Positions 37,340 through 46,279 of a stretch of DNA of 64,000 nucleotides are shown piece by piece. This DNA comes from Deltaproteobacteria bacterium (GTDB taxonomy: Bacteria > Myxococcota > JACRCW01), in contig JACRCW010000109.1 in assembly GCA_016218805.1 (NCBI GenBank), forward strand, positions 1 through 64,000, read 5' to 3'. A program made the translations under genes and the position numbers. The notes under the pieces were generated by a model. That model ran no database searches. It saw only the letters and a list, made by a program, of their open reading frames with translations, and was not told where the DNA came from. Within the stretch, counting starts at the first letter, position 1. Each line of letters starts with the position of its first letter.

Positions 37340-39001
37340 ATGGCCCGCCAGGACGACCCGCGCACCACGGACTTCCTCGTGCTCGGCAGCGGCATTGCCG
37401 GGCTGGCGTTTGCGCTGGAGGCCGCGCGGCACGGCCGCGTGCTCATTGTCACCAAGCGGGCGCCTGAGGACGGCTCCACCGCGTGGGCGCAGGGCGGCAT
37501 TGCGGCGGTGGTGGGCCCGGATGACAGCTTTGAGGAGCACGTCAAGGACACGCTGGAGGCCGGTGCGGGGCTGTGCAACCCGGATACCGTGCGCTTTGTC
37601 GTCGAGCGCGGGCCGGCGGCCATTGAGTTCCTGGTGCGGTCCGGTGCGGAGTTTGCGCACCTGCAGGGGAAGGCGGCCGGGTATGACCTTGGGCGCGAAG
37701 GCGGACACCACCGCCGCCGCGTGCTGCACGCGGGGGACATCACCGGGGCGGAGATCAGCCGCGCGCTCATTGCCCGGGCGCGCGCCACGCGGAACATCAC
37801 CTTCCTGGCGGACCACCACGCCGTGGACCTCATCACCGCGCGCCGGCTGGGCCACGCGCAGGACGCCTGCCTGGGCGCGTACATACTGCAAACGGCGACG
37901 GGCACCGTGCTCACCGTGCTGGCGCGCCGCGCGGTGGTGCTGGCAACGGGAGGCGCGGGCAAGACGTACCTGTACACCACCAACCCGGACACCAATTCCG
38001 GTGACGGCATGGCCATGGCGTACCGCGCCGGCGCGCCGGTGGCGGACATGGAGTTCATGCAGTTCCACCCCACCTGCCTGTACCACCCGGAGGCCAAGAG
38101 CTTCCTCATCAGCGAGGCCCTGCGCGGTGAAGGCGGGACGCTGCGGCGGCGCGACGGCACGGCGTTCATGGAGGGGCAGCACCCGCTGGCCAGCCTGGCG
38201 CCGCGCGACATTGTGGCGCGCGCCATTGACGCGGAACTCAAGCGTACGGGTGATGACTTTGTGACGCTGGACATGACGCACAAGTCCCGCGCGTTCCTGC
38301 GCAAGCGCTTTCCCAACATCTTTGACCGGTGCCTGCAGTACGGGATTGACATGGCGCGCACGCCCATCCCGGTGGTGCCCGCGGCGCACTACACCTGCGG
38401 TGGCGTGGTGACGGACCGCTCCGGGCGCACGTCCATCCCGCGCCTGTACGCCGTGGGCGAAGTGGCCTGCACCGGCCTGCACGGCGCCAACCGGCTGGCG
38501 TCCAACAGCCTGCTGGAGGGCGTGGTGTTTGGGCGCGCGGCCGCGGCGGATGCGGGCGCGCTGGCCCCGCGCGAGGTGCCGGGCGTGCCGCCGTGGAACC
38601 CGGGCGCCGCGGTGCCGCAGGACGAGGGCGTGGTGGTCACGCAGAACTGGGACGAGATCCGCCGCCTGATGTGGAACTTCGTGGGCATTGTGCGCTCGGA
38701 CAAGCGCCTCACGCGCGCGCTGCGGCGGCTCATGCTGCTGCAGCAGGAGATCCAGGAGTACTACTGGGCCTTCCACGTCACGCGGGATCTCGTGGAGCTG
38801 CGCAACCTCGTCGTGGTGGCGGACCTCATTGTCCGCTCTGCCGCCACCCGGCGTGAGAGCCGCGGGCTGCACTTCAACCTGGACGTGCCTGACCGCGACG
38901 AGACCGGCTGGGGCAAGCGCGACACCGTGCTGCTGCGCGGCCGCGAGGGCCCGCTCACGCGGGTGCGCTGCGGTGAAGCACTGCCCGAGCGGCTCGGATG
39001 A
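37340..39001 (+). CDS. nadB: L-aspartate oxidase
   Basis: GSGIAGL, WAQGGIAA, REGGH..RRVLH, QFHPT, LISEALRGEG, LHGANRLASNSLLEG. Confidence 0.96.
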   Translation: MARQDDPRTTDFLVLGSGIAGLAFALEAARHGRVLIVTKRAPEDGSTAWAQGGIAAVVGPDDSFEEHVKDTLEAGAGLCNPDTVRFVVERGPAAIEFLVRSGAEFAHLQGKAAGYDLGREGGHHRRRVLHAGDITGAEISRALIARARATRNITFLADHHAVDLITARRLGHAQDACLGAYILQTATGTVLTVLARRAVVLATGGAGKTYLYTTNPDTNSGDGMAMAYRAGAPVADMEFMQFHPTCLYHPEAKSFLISEALRGEGGTLRRRDGTAFMEGQHPLASLAPRDIVARAIDAELKRTGDDFVTLDMTHKSRAFLRKRFPNIFDRCLQYGIDMARTPIPVVPAAHYTCGGVVTDRSGRTSIPRLYAVGEVACTGLHGANRLASNSLLEGVVFGRAAAADAGALAPREVPGVPPWNPGAAVPQDEGVVVTQNWDEIRRLMWNFVGIVRSDKRLTRALRRLMLLQQEIQEYYWAFHVTRDLVELRNLVVVADLIVRSAATRRESRGLHFNLDVPDRDETGWGKRDTVLLRGREGPLTRVRCGEALPERLG

Positions 39002-39231
39002 TTTCCGTAGCGACAATGTAGGACCGGTGGCCGCGCGCGCTTGCGGCCGCGGCTGCGATGTTCAGGCGCGCGTGCGTTTCTCGTCGGAAAGCGACCAAGG
39101 TGCGACACGCACCCATCGGTCCACTGGACGGTGGGAGCGGCTCGCATCGTCCGCTCGTCGAGGACCGGACAACTGGCGGACAGGCGGAGCCGACAATGGG
39201 TGCTTCCATGGGCCGCACGGAGGTGCTGCAC

Positions 39232-40410
39232 ATGGCACGCACGGTTTCGCTCGCTTCGGTCCTCGGTCTGCTCGTCGGTTGCGCGGTGGAGATGGAACAG
39301 GGCCCCGGCGCCACGCCCGGACTCGGCGCGGGCACGGGCAAGGTTGCGCCGGTCATCGTCGGGCAGGTGAATTGGGTGGAGGCCGGCACGCTCCCCGCGG
39401 ATGACGCGCGCCGCGTGGCAGGGCGCCCGGTGGCGCTGCTGTGGCTGCCCGCGGCCGGGTCACGCTGCACGGGCTTCCTGGTGGGCATGGACGTGCTGAT
39501 GACCAACCACCACTGCGTCAGCTCCGCGGCCGAGGCGGAAGGCGCGTACGCGGTGTTTGACGCGGAGGCCGGCGTGCCGGACAGCATGCGCGCCACGTAT
39601 GACTGCAGCACGTTCCTTGGCGCGGATGCTGACCTGGACTTTGGCCTGCTGCGTTGCCAGGGCCAGCCCGGCGCGCAGCACGGTGTGGCCACGCTCAGCG
39701 ACGGCGCGGTCTCCAACAACGCGGACGTGTTCGTGGTGCACCAGAACTGCGACTACTACAGCGACCCTTCCTGCCAGCCCGACAAGAAGGTCTCCCCCGG
39801 CCGCGTGACGTCCGTGGGCAGCAGCGAGTTGTCCCACAGCGCGGACACGCTGGGCGGCAGCAGCGGCAGCGCGCTGTTTGACGCCCTGGGCCGGATCATC
39901 GGCCTGCACCACGTGGGCATTGGCGGGGACAGCAACGGCCGCGGCAGCGCGAACAAGGCGGTGCGCATGGACCGCATCCTCCCGGTGCTGCGCCGGGACT
40001 TTGCGTCCATCTTTGATGCCGCGCCGCCTTCCCCGCCCCCCGCCGATCCCGTCACGCCGCCGGCCGACCCCACGCGCGACGCACTGGAGCCCAACAACGA
40101 CACTGGCAGCGCCACGACCATCGCGCGGCCCTTCCGGGGCGACGGCATGTTCATCGCCGGCAATGACCGCGATGTGTTCCGCGTGACGCTGTCACGTGCG
40201 ACCACGCTGGAAGTGTCCATGCAGTTCAGCCACGCGGCGGGCGACCTGGACCTGTACGTGTTCCGCGCCGGACAGACCGGTGCGGTGGCACAGAGCGCCG
40301 GCGTCAGCGACGAGGAGACCATCTCCATCGGGCTGTCTGCGGGCACGTATTTCGTCATGGCCATTGGCTACAACGGCGCCACCGGCGCGTACGCGCTGTC
40401 CGTCCGCTGA
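39232..40410 (+). CDS. Trypsin-like serine protease lipoprotein with C-terminal PPC domain
   Basis: LVGC lipobox; CTGFLV, TNHHC, DFGLL, DTLGGSSGS; PPC motif GDLDLYV. Confidence 0.88.
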   Translation: MARTVSLASVLGLLVGCAVEMEQGPGATPGLGAGTGKVAPVIVGQVNWVEAGTLPADDARRVAGRPVALLWLPAAGSRCTGFLVGMDVLMTNHHCVSSAAEAEGAYAVFDAEAGVPDSMRATYDCSTFLGADADLDFGLLRCQGQPGAQHGVATLSDGAVSNNADVFVVHQNCDYYSDPSCQPDKKVSPGRVTSVGSSELSHSADTLGGSSGSALFDALGRIIGLHHVGIGGDSNGRGSANKAVRMDRILPVLRRDFASIFDAAPPSPPPADPVTPPADPTRDALEPNNDTGSATTIARPFRGDGMFIAGNDRDVFRVTLSRATTLEVSMQFSHAAGDLDLYVFRAGQTGAVAQSAGVSDEETISIGLSAGTYFVMAIGYNGATGAYALSVR

Positions 40411-40413
40411 CCT

Positions 40414-40962
40414 TCAGCGTGCACCCGCCTGCTTGCCCAGCCGGACCAGGCCCACCGCGTTCACCACCGCGTGCGCGGCCACCGCGCCCAGGATGTTGCC
40501 CGACCACAGGGTCAGTGCGGCCAGTCCCGCACCGGCCACCAACGCGGTCAGGCTCCAGGGCCACAGGTCACGCCGCGGCGGCAGGTGCGCAAGGCCAAAC
40601 AGCACGGTGGCCGCTACCGGGCCCAGCAGCGGTTGCAGCGCGCCGCGGAACAGGACCTCCTCACACAGACCGCTGAACGCGGCCATGATGAGCGCTTCCT
40701 GCACATCCACCGGGCCTATGAGCGCCGCCAGGGCCTCATCCACCGCGCGCAGGGCAGGGACCCACCGCGAGGCCAGCGCAGACAGCACCGCGAACGCGAG
40801 CCCGCCCGCCACCCCCAGCGCGACGTGGACCGCGGCGTCAGCGGGGGCCAGCGGGCCGGTGGTGAACGCGTTGAACCCGCCCAGCGCAGCCAGCCCGAGC
40901 CCCACGGCAAACATGGCGGCATAGAACCAGGCCATGCGGTGGAGGCCCCACTCGTTGAGCAT
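40414..40962 (-). CDS. CPBP/CAAX (Abi) family intramembrane metalloprotease
   Basis: EEVLFRG, LFGLAH, AHAVVN motifs. Confidence 0.88.
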   Translation of the reverse strand: MLNEWGLHRMAWFYAAMFAVGLGLAALGGFNAFTTGPLAPADAAVHVALGVAGGLAFAVLSALASRWVPALRAVDEALAALIGPVDVQEALIMAAFSGLCEEVLFRGALQPLLGPVAATVLFGLAHLPPRRDLWPWSLTALVAGAGLAALTLWSGNILGAVAAHAVVNAVGLVRLGKQAGAR

Positions 40963-41081
40963 GGCCCCTTCTACCGAGAACCCGCGTTGACTCACAGTGT
41001 CCGTGGGTTGACCCACACGCCGCGTATCCCGGCGATTTATCGTCGACGGGAGGCTGGCACGGGTCATGTACGTTGGGATCC

Positions 41082-41180
41082 GCGCGGCGACCCCGCCAGG
41101 GTGGATGCCCGGTCCGGTTACCTTCAACCCACGCCCAAAAAGATACCGGTCCTGGCATCCACTCGGGCGGGGCGCCGCGC
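41082..41180 (-). other. Long imperfect intergenic hairpin (~100 nt)
   Basis: GCGCGGCG(A)CCCCGCC / GGCGGGGCGCCGCGC, GTGGATGCC / GGCATCCAC and CCGGT / ACCGG arms are complementary. Confidence 0.7.
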
Positions 41181-42724
41181 TAGCCGCCCACCTCCAGGCT
41201 CCACCAGGCGCGCGCTTCGCCGCCGCGCCCGCACAGCATGAGCTCCTCCACGACGACACGCACCGCGTGCCGGTGTTGAAAGCGCCAGGTCCATTCGCGC
41301 GGTTGGCCGGGCGCAAGCCGCGTGTCTTCCGCCAGCGCCGCCGCCTCCCACGGTGCCGCACACGCCGCGCCATCCGCGGCCCGGTAGCTCCGCGCGAGCA
41401 GGACACCGGCCACGCCACCGTCGACGGTGGGCCCCTCCCGCAGCGGCGCGGTGGTGATCACCCGGATGCGCCACGCCTCAAACGGCGCGGTCCCGGGCAG
41501 CGCATGGGATGCACCCGTGTTCTCCGCGCGCACCACCAACCGGTCACCGTCCCAACGCGCGTCCACCCGCACCGCGCGCCGGCGCACGTCGTCACGCGGT
41601 TCCTCCCACGCATGCAGACGCGCGGGACGGTCCGGGCGGTCCACGCCCCACAGCTGGTGCGCCACGCCGTCAACCAGCGCCGGCGAGTTGCCTGAGGGCA
41701 TGTGGCACCCGGTGCAGCCGGTCTCCGCGCGCGCCGGATCCGCGGCGCACCACGCCTGGTGCTCCTCCGACGTGGGATCCACCACCACCGCACCCATGCG
41801 CTGCGCATGGCACGCGGCGCACAGCGCACTGCTGGCCAGCGCGGGATGCTGCACCACCGCCATCGCCGGCGAATCCCCGTCGGGGCGCACCCCGGTGGCC
41901 AGCGGCCGGGGATCCCCCTCCAGGCCGAACACGCGCACGCGACCCGCCAGGCCTTCGCCGGCGCGCAGTGATTCCACGTCAACGCGGTGGCACGCGCCGC
42001 ACGAGAACCCGCCCGCGCGCCCGAACAGCGCGTCCGGCGCATGACACGCCGCACAGGCCCGCGCGCGCGCGGGGGCCAGCGCCGAGGACGCTGAGAGAAA
42101 CGCAGGCGTGGGCGCGGCACCGTGGAGGCGCCCGTGCTGCGCGGCGGCCTCGCCGTGGCACTGCGTGCACGTCGGCGCCGGCCCATCAAACAGGTAATAC
42201 CGCCCGTCAGAGAACGCGCCCGTGCCGCGCAGCGGCGCCAGTTGTTCGGGTGGGGCCGGCGGCGGAAACGCGGCGGACGGTGGGGGGTCCACCGGCGTGG
42301 CGCCGTCAGGCGTGACGCCCCGGGGCAGTTGCAGCGAGAGCGACAGGGTGCCGGCCGTCACCCCGGCGCGCAGCTGGAGACAACCCGGCGCAGCGGCCAC
42401 CACGTCGCCGGTGAAGTCAGGCGGCAGCGGCCAGGGGAAGTGCAGGTCCACGCTGCCGGAGCGGCCGGTGATGGCCTCGTCCGCGCGTTTCCCCACGATG
42501 GCAGGCGTGGCGGTGAGCGCACGGCGCAGCGTGAGGTGGGCCCCGGCGGCGGCGCGGTCCCCACACTCCACGCGGACGGCAATCACCGGGCGGTCATCCG
42601 CCGCTACACGCACATCGCTATCGCGGTAGAGGTCCAGCACGCCGATGACGGCGACGCCGGCGATGGCAGCGATGGCCAGGCGGAGGCCGCGGTCATTGAG
42701 AAGGCGGTGGCCGCCCAGGCTCAC
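41180..42724 (-). CDS. Multiheme c-type cytochrome (5 CxxCH)
   Basis: CTQCH, CAACH, CGACH, CAACH, CTGCH; N-terminal membrane anchor; GTGA overlap with trmL. Confidence 0.8.
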   Translation of the reverse strand: MSLGGHRLLNDRGLRLAIAAIAGVAVIGVLDLYRDSDVRVAADDRPVIAVRVECGDRAAAGAHLTLRRALTATPAIVGKRADEAITGRSGSVDLHFPWPLPPDFTGDVVAAAPGCLQLRAGVTAGTLSLSLQLPRGVTPDGATPVDPPPSAAFPPPAPPEQLAPLRGTGAFSDGRYYLFDGPAPTCTQCHGEAAAQHGRLHGAAPTPAFLSASSALAPARARACAACHAPDALFGRAGGFSCGACHRVDVESLRAGEGLAGRVRVFGLEGDPRPLATGVRPDGDSPAMAVVQHPALASSALCAACHAQRMGAVVVDPTSEEHQAWCAADPARAETGCTGCHMPSGNSPALVDGVAHQLWGVDRPDRPARLHAWEEPRDDVRRRAVRVDARWDGDRLVVRAENTGASHALPGTAPFEAWRIRVITTAPLREGPTVDGGVAGVLLARSYRAADGAACAAPWEAAALAEDTRLAPGQPREWTWRFQHRHAVRVVVEELMLCGRGGEARAWWSLEVGG

Positions 42725-43245
42725 GCGGGCTCCCCTTCCGTCATGCGCCGCAGGGCCTCATACGCGGCGATGCCGACGCACGTGGACAGGTTGAGGCTGC
42801 GCACGCTGTCCCGCAGCGGGAGGCGCACGCACTGCTCCGCGCGCGCATCCAGCAACCCCGGGGGCAGGCCCAGGTCCTCACGCCCAAACACCAGCACGTC
42901 CCCGCGCACCACCTGCGCGTCATGAAAACCGCGCGCCGCGCGGACGGTGAAGAAGAACCAGCGGCGTGGGCCCAGCAGCGTTTCCACGTCGGACAGCGCC
43001 GGGTGCCAGTGCAGGTCCACGGAAGGCCAGTAGTCCAGGCCGGCGCGGCGCAGCGCGGCGTCCTGCAGGGAGAACCCCAAGGTCCCCACCAGGTGCAGCG
43101 TGGCACCCAACGCCGCACAGGTCCGCGCCACGTTGCCGGTGTTGGCCGGGATCTGCGGCTCCACCAGCACCACGTGGACCAGCGGGTCCAACGCCGCCGG
43201 CAACGCGCGGAGCGCCTGCTCCATGCGGCCGGTGGTGCCGTTCAT
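42721..43245 (-). CDS. trmL: tRNA (cytidine/uridine-34-2'-O)-methyltransferase
   Basis: VLVEPQIPANTGNVARTC, RRAGLDYW, VFGRE..GLP, RSLNLS. Confidence 0.93.
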   Translation of the reverse strand: MNGTTGRMEQALRALPAALDPLVHVVLVEPQIPANTGNVARTCAALGATLHLVGTLGFSLQDAALRRAGLDYWPSVDLHWHPALSDVETLLGPRRWFFFTVRAARGFHDAQVVRGDVLVFGREDLGLPPGLLDARAEQCVRLPLRDSVRSLNLSTCVGIAAYEALRRMTEGEPA

Positions 43246-44234
43246 TTCCGGGTGATCTTGAACGGGAAGATGAACGTCTTCCGCTCGCCGGAGAACTTCG
43301 GGAACTTCAGTGCGGCCACTCGGGTGCCCAGGCACTTGGACAGCGGGCCGTCGCGGATCTCGCGCTCCTGCACCTTGAACTCGCGCGTGCTGCCATCATT
43401 GGCCACGACAAACTCCACCGTGATGGTGGACGGCATCTCCGCGTTGCGCGTGGCCTCCTCCGCAATGCACTGCTTGTAGCCCGGCACGCCGCCCTTGAAA
43501 ACCGCCAGCATCTGCTCCTTGCTGAGCTCCACCGGCACGCCCTCCGTCTTGACGCCCTCGGTCTTGAGCTCATCCGGCGGCTTGGCGCCGGCGGCGGCTT
43601 CCGTCTTGGCCACCTTGCCCGGCTTCTCCTTGGGCTTCTTCTCCGCGGGCTTCTCCTTCCACTTGCTGAGCCCCCGCTCCGGCTCCGCCGCGGGCTTCTT
43701 CTCCTCGGCCACCGGCGGCGGGGTCGCCGTCTCACCGTCGGGCTTCTTGTCCGGCACCGCGGCGGCGGCCAGCTTGGGCGCCCGGTCCGGCAGCTTGGAG
43801 ATTTCCGGCCGGCGCGTCAGCCAATCCGTCTTGTCCTCCCAGGGACGGACAATCATCGTCCAGCGCGCACCGCCCAGCGACCCGGTGAAGAACACTGCGA
43901 AGGTGACCAGCGCCAGCGAGAGGCGCGTCCGCGTCAGGCGCGCCGCGGCCTGCTCACGCTCCTCACGCGCCTTGGAAAAGGTCTGCCGCTGCTGCGCGCG
44001 GGACACGTGCGCGCCCAGGAACCAGATCTCCTTGAGCGGCTTCCACTGGCCCACTTCCTGCGCCACCGGCGTGTCAGCGTTGACGTGACCGTCATACAGC
44101 TTGGACAACAGCAACTCCGGGGGCACGGGCCCCAGGACCTGGTCCTTCTCCTTGAAGAGCCACTCGCCCAGGTCGGGCGGCAGCTTGCCGTAGAGCTTTT
44201 CGCCCTCCGGCATGACGGACGCGGATGCGCTCAT
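43242..44234 (-). CDS. GYF_2 / TM / AgmX-PglI (TonB-C-like) domain protein
   Basis: W.....QVLGPV....L......G.V..DT.V......WKPL (GYF_2), TM helix, Pro/Lys linker, C-terminal CI......ITVEFVV..DG...CL......KFP.F..FPF; alternative start at 44213. Confidence 0.75.
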   Translation of the reverse strand: MSASASVMPEGEKLYGKLPPDLGEWLFKEKDQVLGPVPPELLLSKLYDGHVNADTPVAQEVGQWKPLKEIWFLGAHVSRAQQRQTFSKAREEREQAAARLTRTRLSLALVTFAVFFTGSLGGARWTMIVRPWEDKTDWLTRRPEISKLPDRAPKLAAAAVPDKKPDGETATPPPVAEEKKPAAEPERGLSKWKEKPAEKKPKEKPGKVAKTEAAAGAKPPDELKTEGVKTEGVPVELSKEQMLAVFKGGVPGYKQCIAEEATRNAEMPSTITVEFVVANDGSTREFKVQEREIRDGPLSKCLGTRVAALKFPKFSGERKTFIFPFKITRK

Positions 44235-45027
44235 GGCCGTGGAACCGAAGCTAACCACACCGTCCCCCCTGCTGTCCCGCACGCCGTGCACCTACAAGGT
44301 CGTACTCGCGTACGACGGGGCGGCGTTCCACGGGGTCATCCGCCAGCCGGGCCTGCGCACGGTGGGCGAGGAGTTCCAGCGCGCCCTGGAGGACGCCGCG
44401 GGCCAGCGCGCGGTGGCGCTGTGCTACGCCGCGCGCACGGACACCGGCGTCCACGCGCTGGGCCAGGTGGCGTCCTTCCGCCTGGGAGAACCCGTGCCCG
44501 TCCATGATCTCCTCCCGCGTGTGCGCGCGCGCCTGCCCCCGGACATACGACTGCGCGGGGCAGAGGAAGTTCCCCGTTCATTCCACGCGCGCGCTTCGGC
44601 GGTGGAGAAGCTGTACCGCTACCGGTTTGCGCGCGGGGCGGTGCCGCCGGGCGTGGCGCGGCGCGCGTGGGTGGTGGCGCCGGCCCTGGACCTTGGCGTG
44701 ATGGCCCAGTTGGCGCGCGGCCTCACCGGCACGCATGACTTCACCGCGCTGTCGCATCCGCGCTCGTCCGGCGGGACGGTGAAGACGGTGCGCTGCATCC
44801 GGCTGCGGCGGCGGGCTACGGCCTGGGGCGAAGTGATCCTGGTGGACGTGGTGGGCGACGGGTTCCTGCGCCAGATGGTGCGCCGCATGGCGGCGACGCT
44901 GGCGTTGTGCGGGTCCGGGTGGTTTCCCGTGGAGCACGTGCTCAGCACACTGGCGGGCGCGCAGCGGCGCGGCCTGGGCCCCGCGGCGCCGCCGCAGGGA
45001 CTCACGCTGGTGCGCGTGACCTATTGA
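44233..45027 (+). CDS. truA: tRNA pseudouridine(38-40) synthase
   Basis: LAYDG..FHG, RTDTGVHALGQV, FHAR.SA..K.YRY, GTHDF, GDGFL.QMVR, APPQGL.L. Confidence 0.9.
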   Translation: MAVEPKLTTPSPLLSRTPCTYKVVLAYDGAAFHGVIRQPGLRTVGEEFQRALEDAAGQRAVALCYAARTDTGVHALGQVASFRLGEPVPVHDLLPRVRARLPPDIRLRGAEEVPRSFHARASAVEKLYRYRFARGAVPPGVARRAWVVAPALDLGVMAQLARGLTGTHDFTALSHPRSSGGTVKTVRCIRLRRRATAWGEVILVDVVGDGFLRQMVRRMAATLALCGSGWFPVEHVLSTLAGAQRRGLGPAAPPQGLTLVRVTY

Positions 45028-45203
45028 GGCGGGATGCTGCGCTGGTCCGCCGGGGGACGGACGTGCAACAGGCGTGCGGCGCGGTTGACCAGGCTGTCGT
45101 GCCGCTCGGGCACGCGCGCCTCCTCGTAAAAACGCCAAAAGGGGAGGCTCAGCGGGTCGTGGCGGGCGACGGCGTCGTCCCAGCGGAGCGGTTTTGTGTT
45201 CAT
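45021..45203 (-). CDS. Small hypothetical protein (60 aa)
   Basis: GGAGG RBS before MNTKPLRW; no recognised domain. Confidence 0.4.
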   Translation of the reverse strand: MNTKPLRWDDAVARHDPLSLPFWRFYEEARVPERHDSLVNRAARLLHVRPPADQRSIPPQ

Positions 45204-45285
45204 GGCGTCCTCCGGTGGGCTCCAGGCGGAGCCGGCCACCACCGTACGGCGCCACCGGCGCACCTCCAAGAAAACGGCCCGCGGA

Positions 45286-46173
45286 TCAGGTCACCACGCG
45301 GTTCCGCCCGCCCTGCTTGGCAGCGTACAGCTTCTCGTCGGCCGCCTTGATGAAGCTGAAGGGCTCCTTGTGCACGTCACCCATCTGGGACACGCCCATG
45401 CTGGTGGTCACCGGCATCAGGTTGTCCTCAAACTTGAACTCCGTGGTCTCCACCGTGTGCCGGATCTTGTCCGCAAACGTGGCGCCGCGCTCCAGCGTGG
45501 TGTCCGGCAGCACAATGGCGAACTCCTCGCCGCCGTAACGGGCAAAGCACTCCTCCTTGCGCACCTTCTTCATCACCTCGCCGGCCAGCTTCTTGAGCAC
45601 AAAGTCCCCGGCCAGGTGACCAAACTCGTCGTTGACGCGCTTGAAGTGGTCCAGGTCAAACATGATGAGCGTGAGCGGCCGCTGGTAGCGGCTGCAGCGC
45701 GCCATCTCGCGCTCCAGGAATTCCAGGAAATAGCGCTTGTTGTAGATCTGGGTGAGACCGTCCTTGATGGTGAGGCTGTAGATTTCCTCGTGGTACTGCG
45801 CCTCCACGTCGCCGCCGATGAGGAACTTGAAGATGGCGCCGCCCACCTTGATGAGGTCACCGCTGCGCAGCTTCTCGCGCTTGATCTCCAGGTCATTCAC
45901 AAACGTCCCGTTGGTGGACCCCTGGTCCTCCACAAACACGCCGGACTGACTGGTGAAGATCTTGGCGTGCGAGCGCGACACGTTATCCATGTCACAGATG
46001 ATGTCATTGTCCGGGCCGCGGCCGATGGTGACCTGCAGCTTGTCCAGCGGGTAGCGCTTGCCCAGCTCCTTGCCGTAAATGACGACGAGGCAGCCCTGCC
46101 CCTCCTTGGCGGCGCCGGGCACGCGGGCCACCTGGCTGACGCGTGTCTTCTCTTCCCGCGTGATGGACGACAA
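45286..46173 (-). CDS. FHA-GGDEF diguanylate cyclase
   Basis: IGRG..NDI....VSRSHA...DQGSTNGT (FHA); DGLT..YN.RY, DLDHFK.VND..GH..GD, RYGGEEF. Confidence 0.93.
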   Translation of the reverse strand: MSSITREEKTRVSQVARVPGAAKEGQGCLVVIYGKELGKRYPLDKLQVTIGRGPDNDIICDMDNVSRSHAKIFTSQSGVFVEDQGSTNGTFVNDLEIKREKLRSGDLIKVGGAIFKFLIGGDVEAQYHEEIYSLTIKDGLTQIYNKRYFLEFLEREMARCSRYQRPLTLIMFDLDHFKRVNDEFGHLAGDFVLKKLAGEVMKKVRKEECFARYGGEEFAIVLPDTTLERGATFADKIRHTVETTEFKFEDNLMPVTTSMGVSQMGDVHKEPFSFIKAADEKLYAAKQGGRNRVVT

Positions 46174-46279
46174 ACGCGCTCCTGGGTCCGGCTGCTCTCC
46201 GCAGTCTTACCAACTGCGCACGCTCCTCAAAAGTATGTGGCCGCGGTGATCCGGGGTCCCACCCGCACCCACCGCCGGC

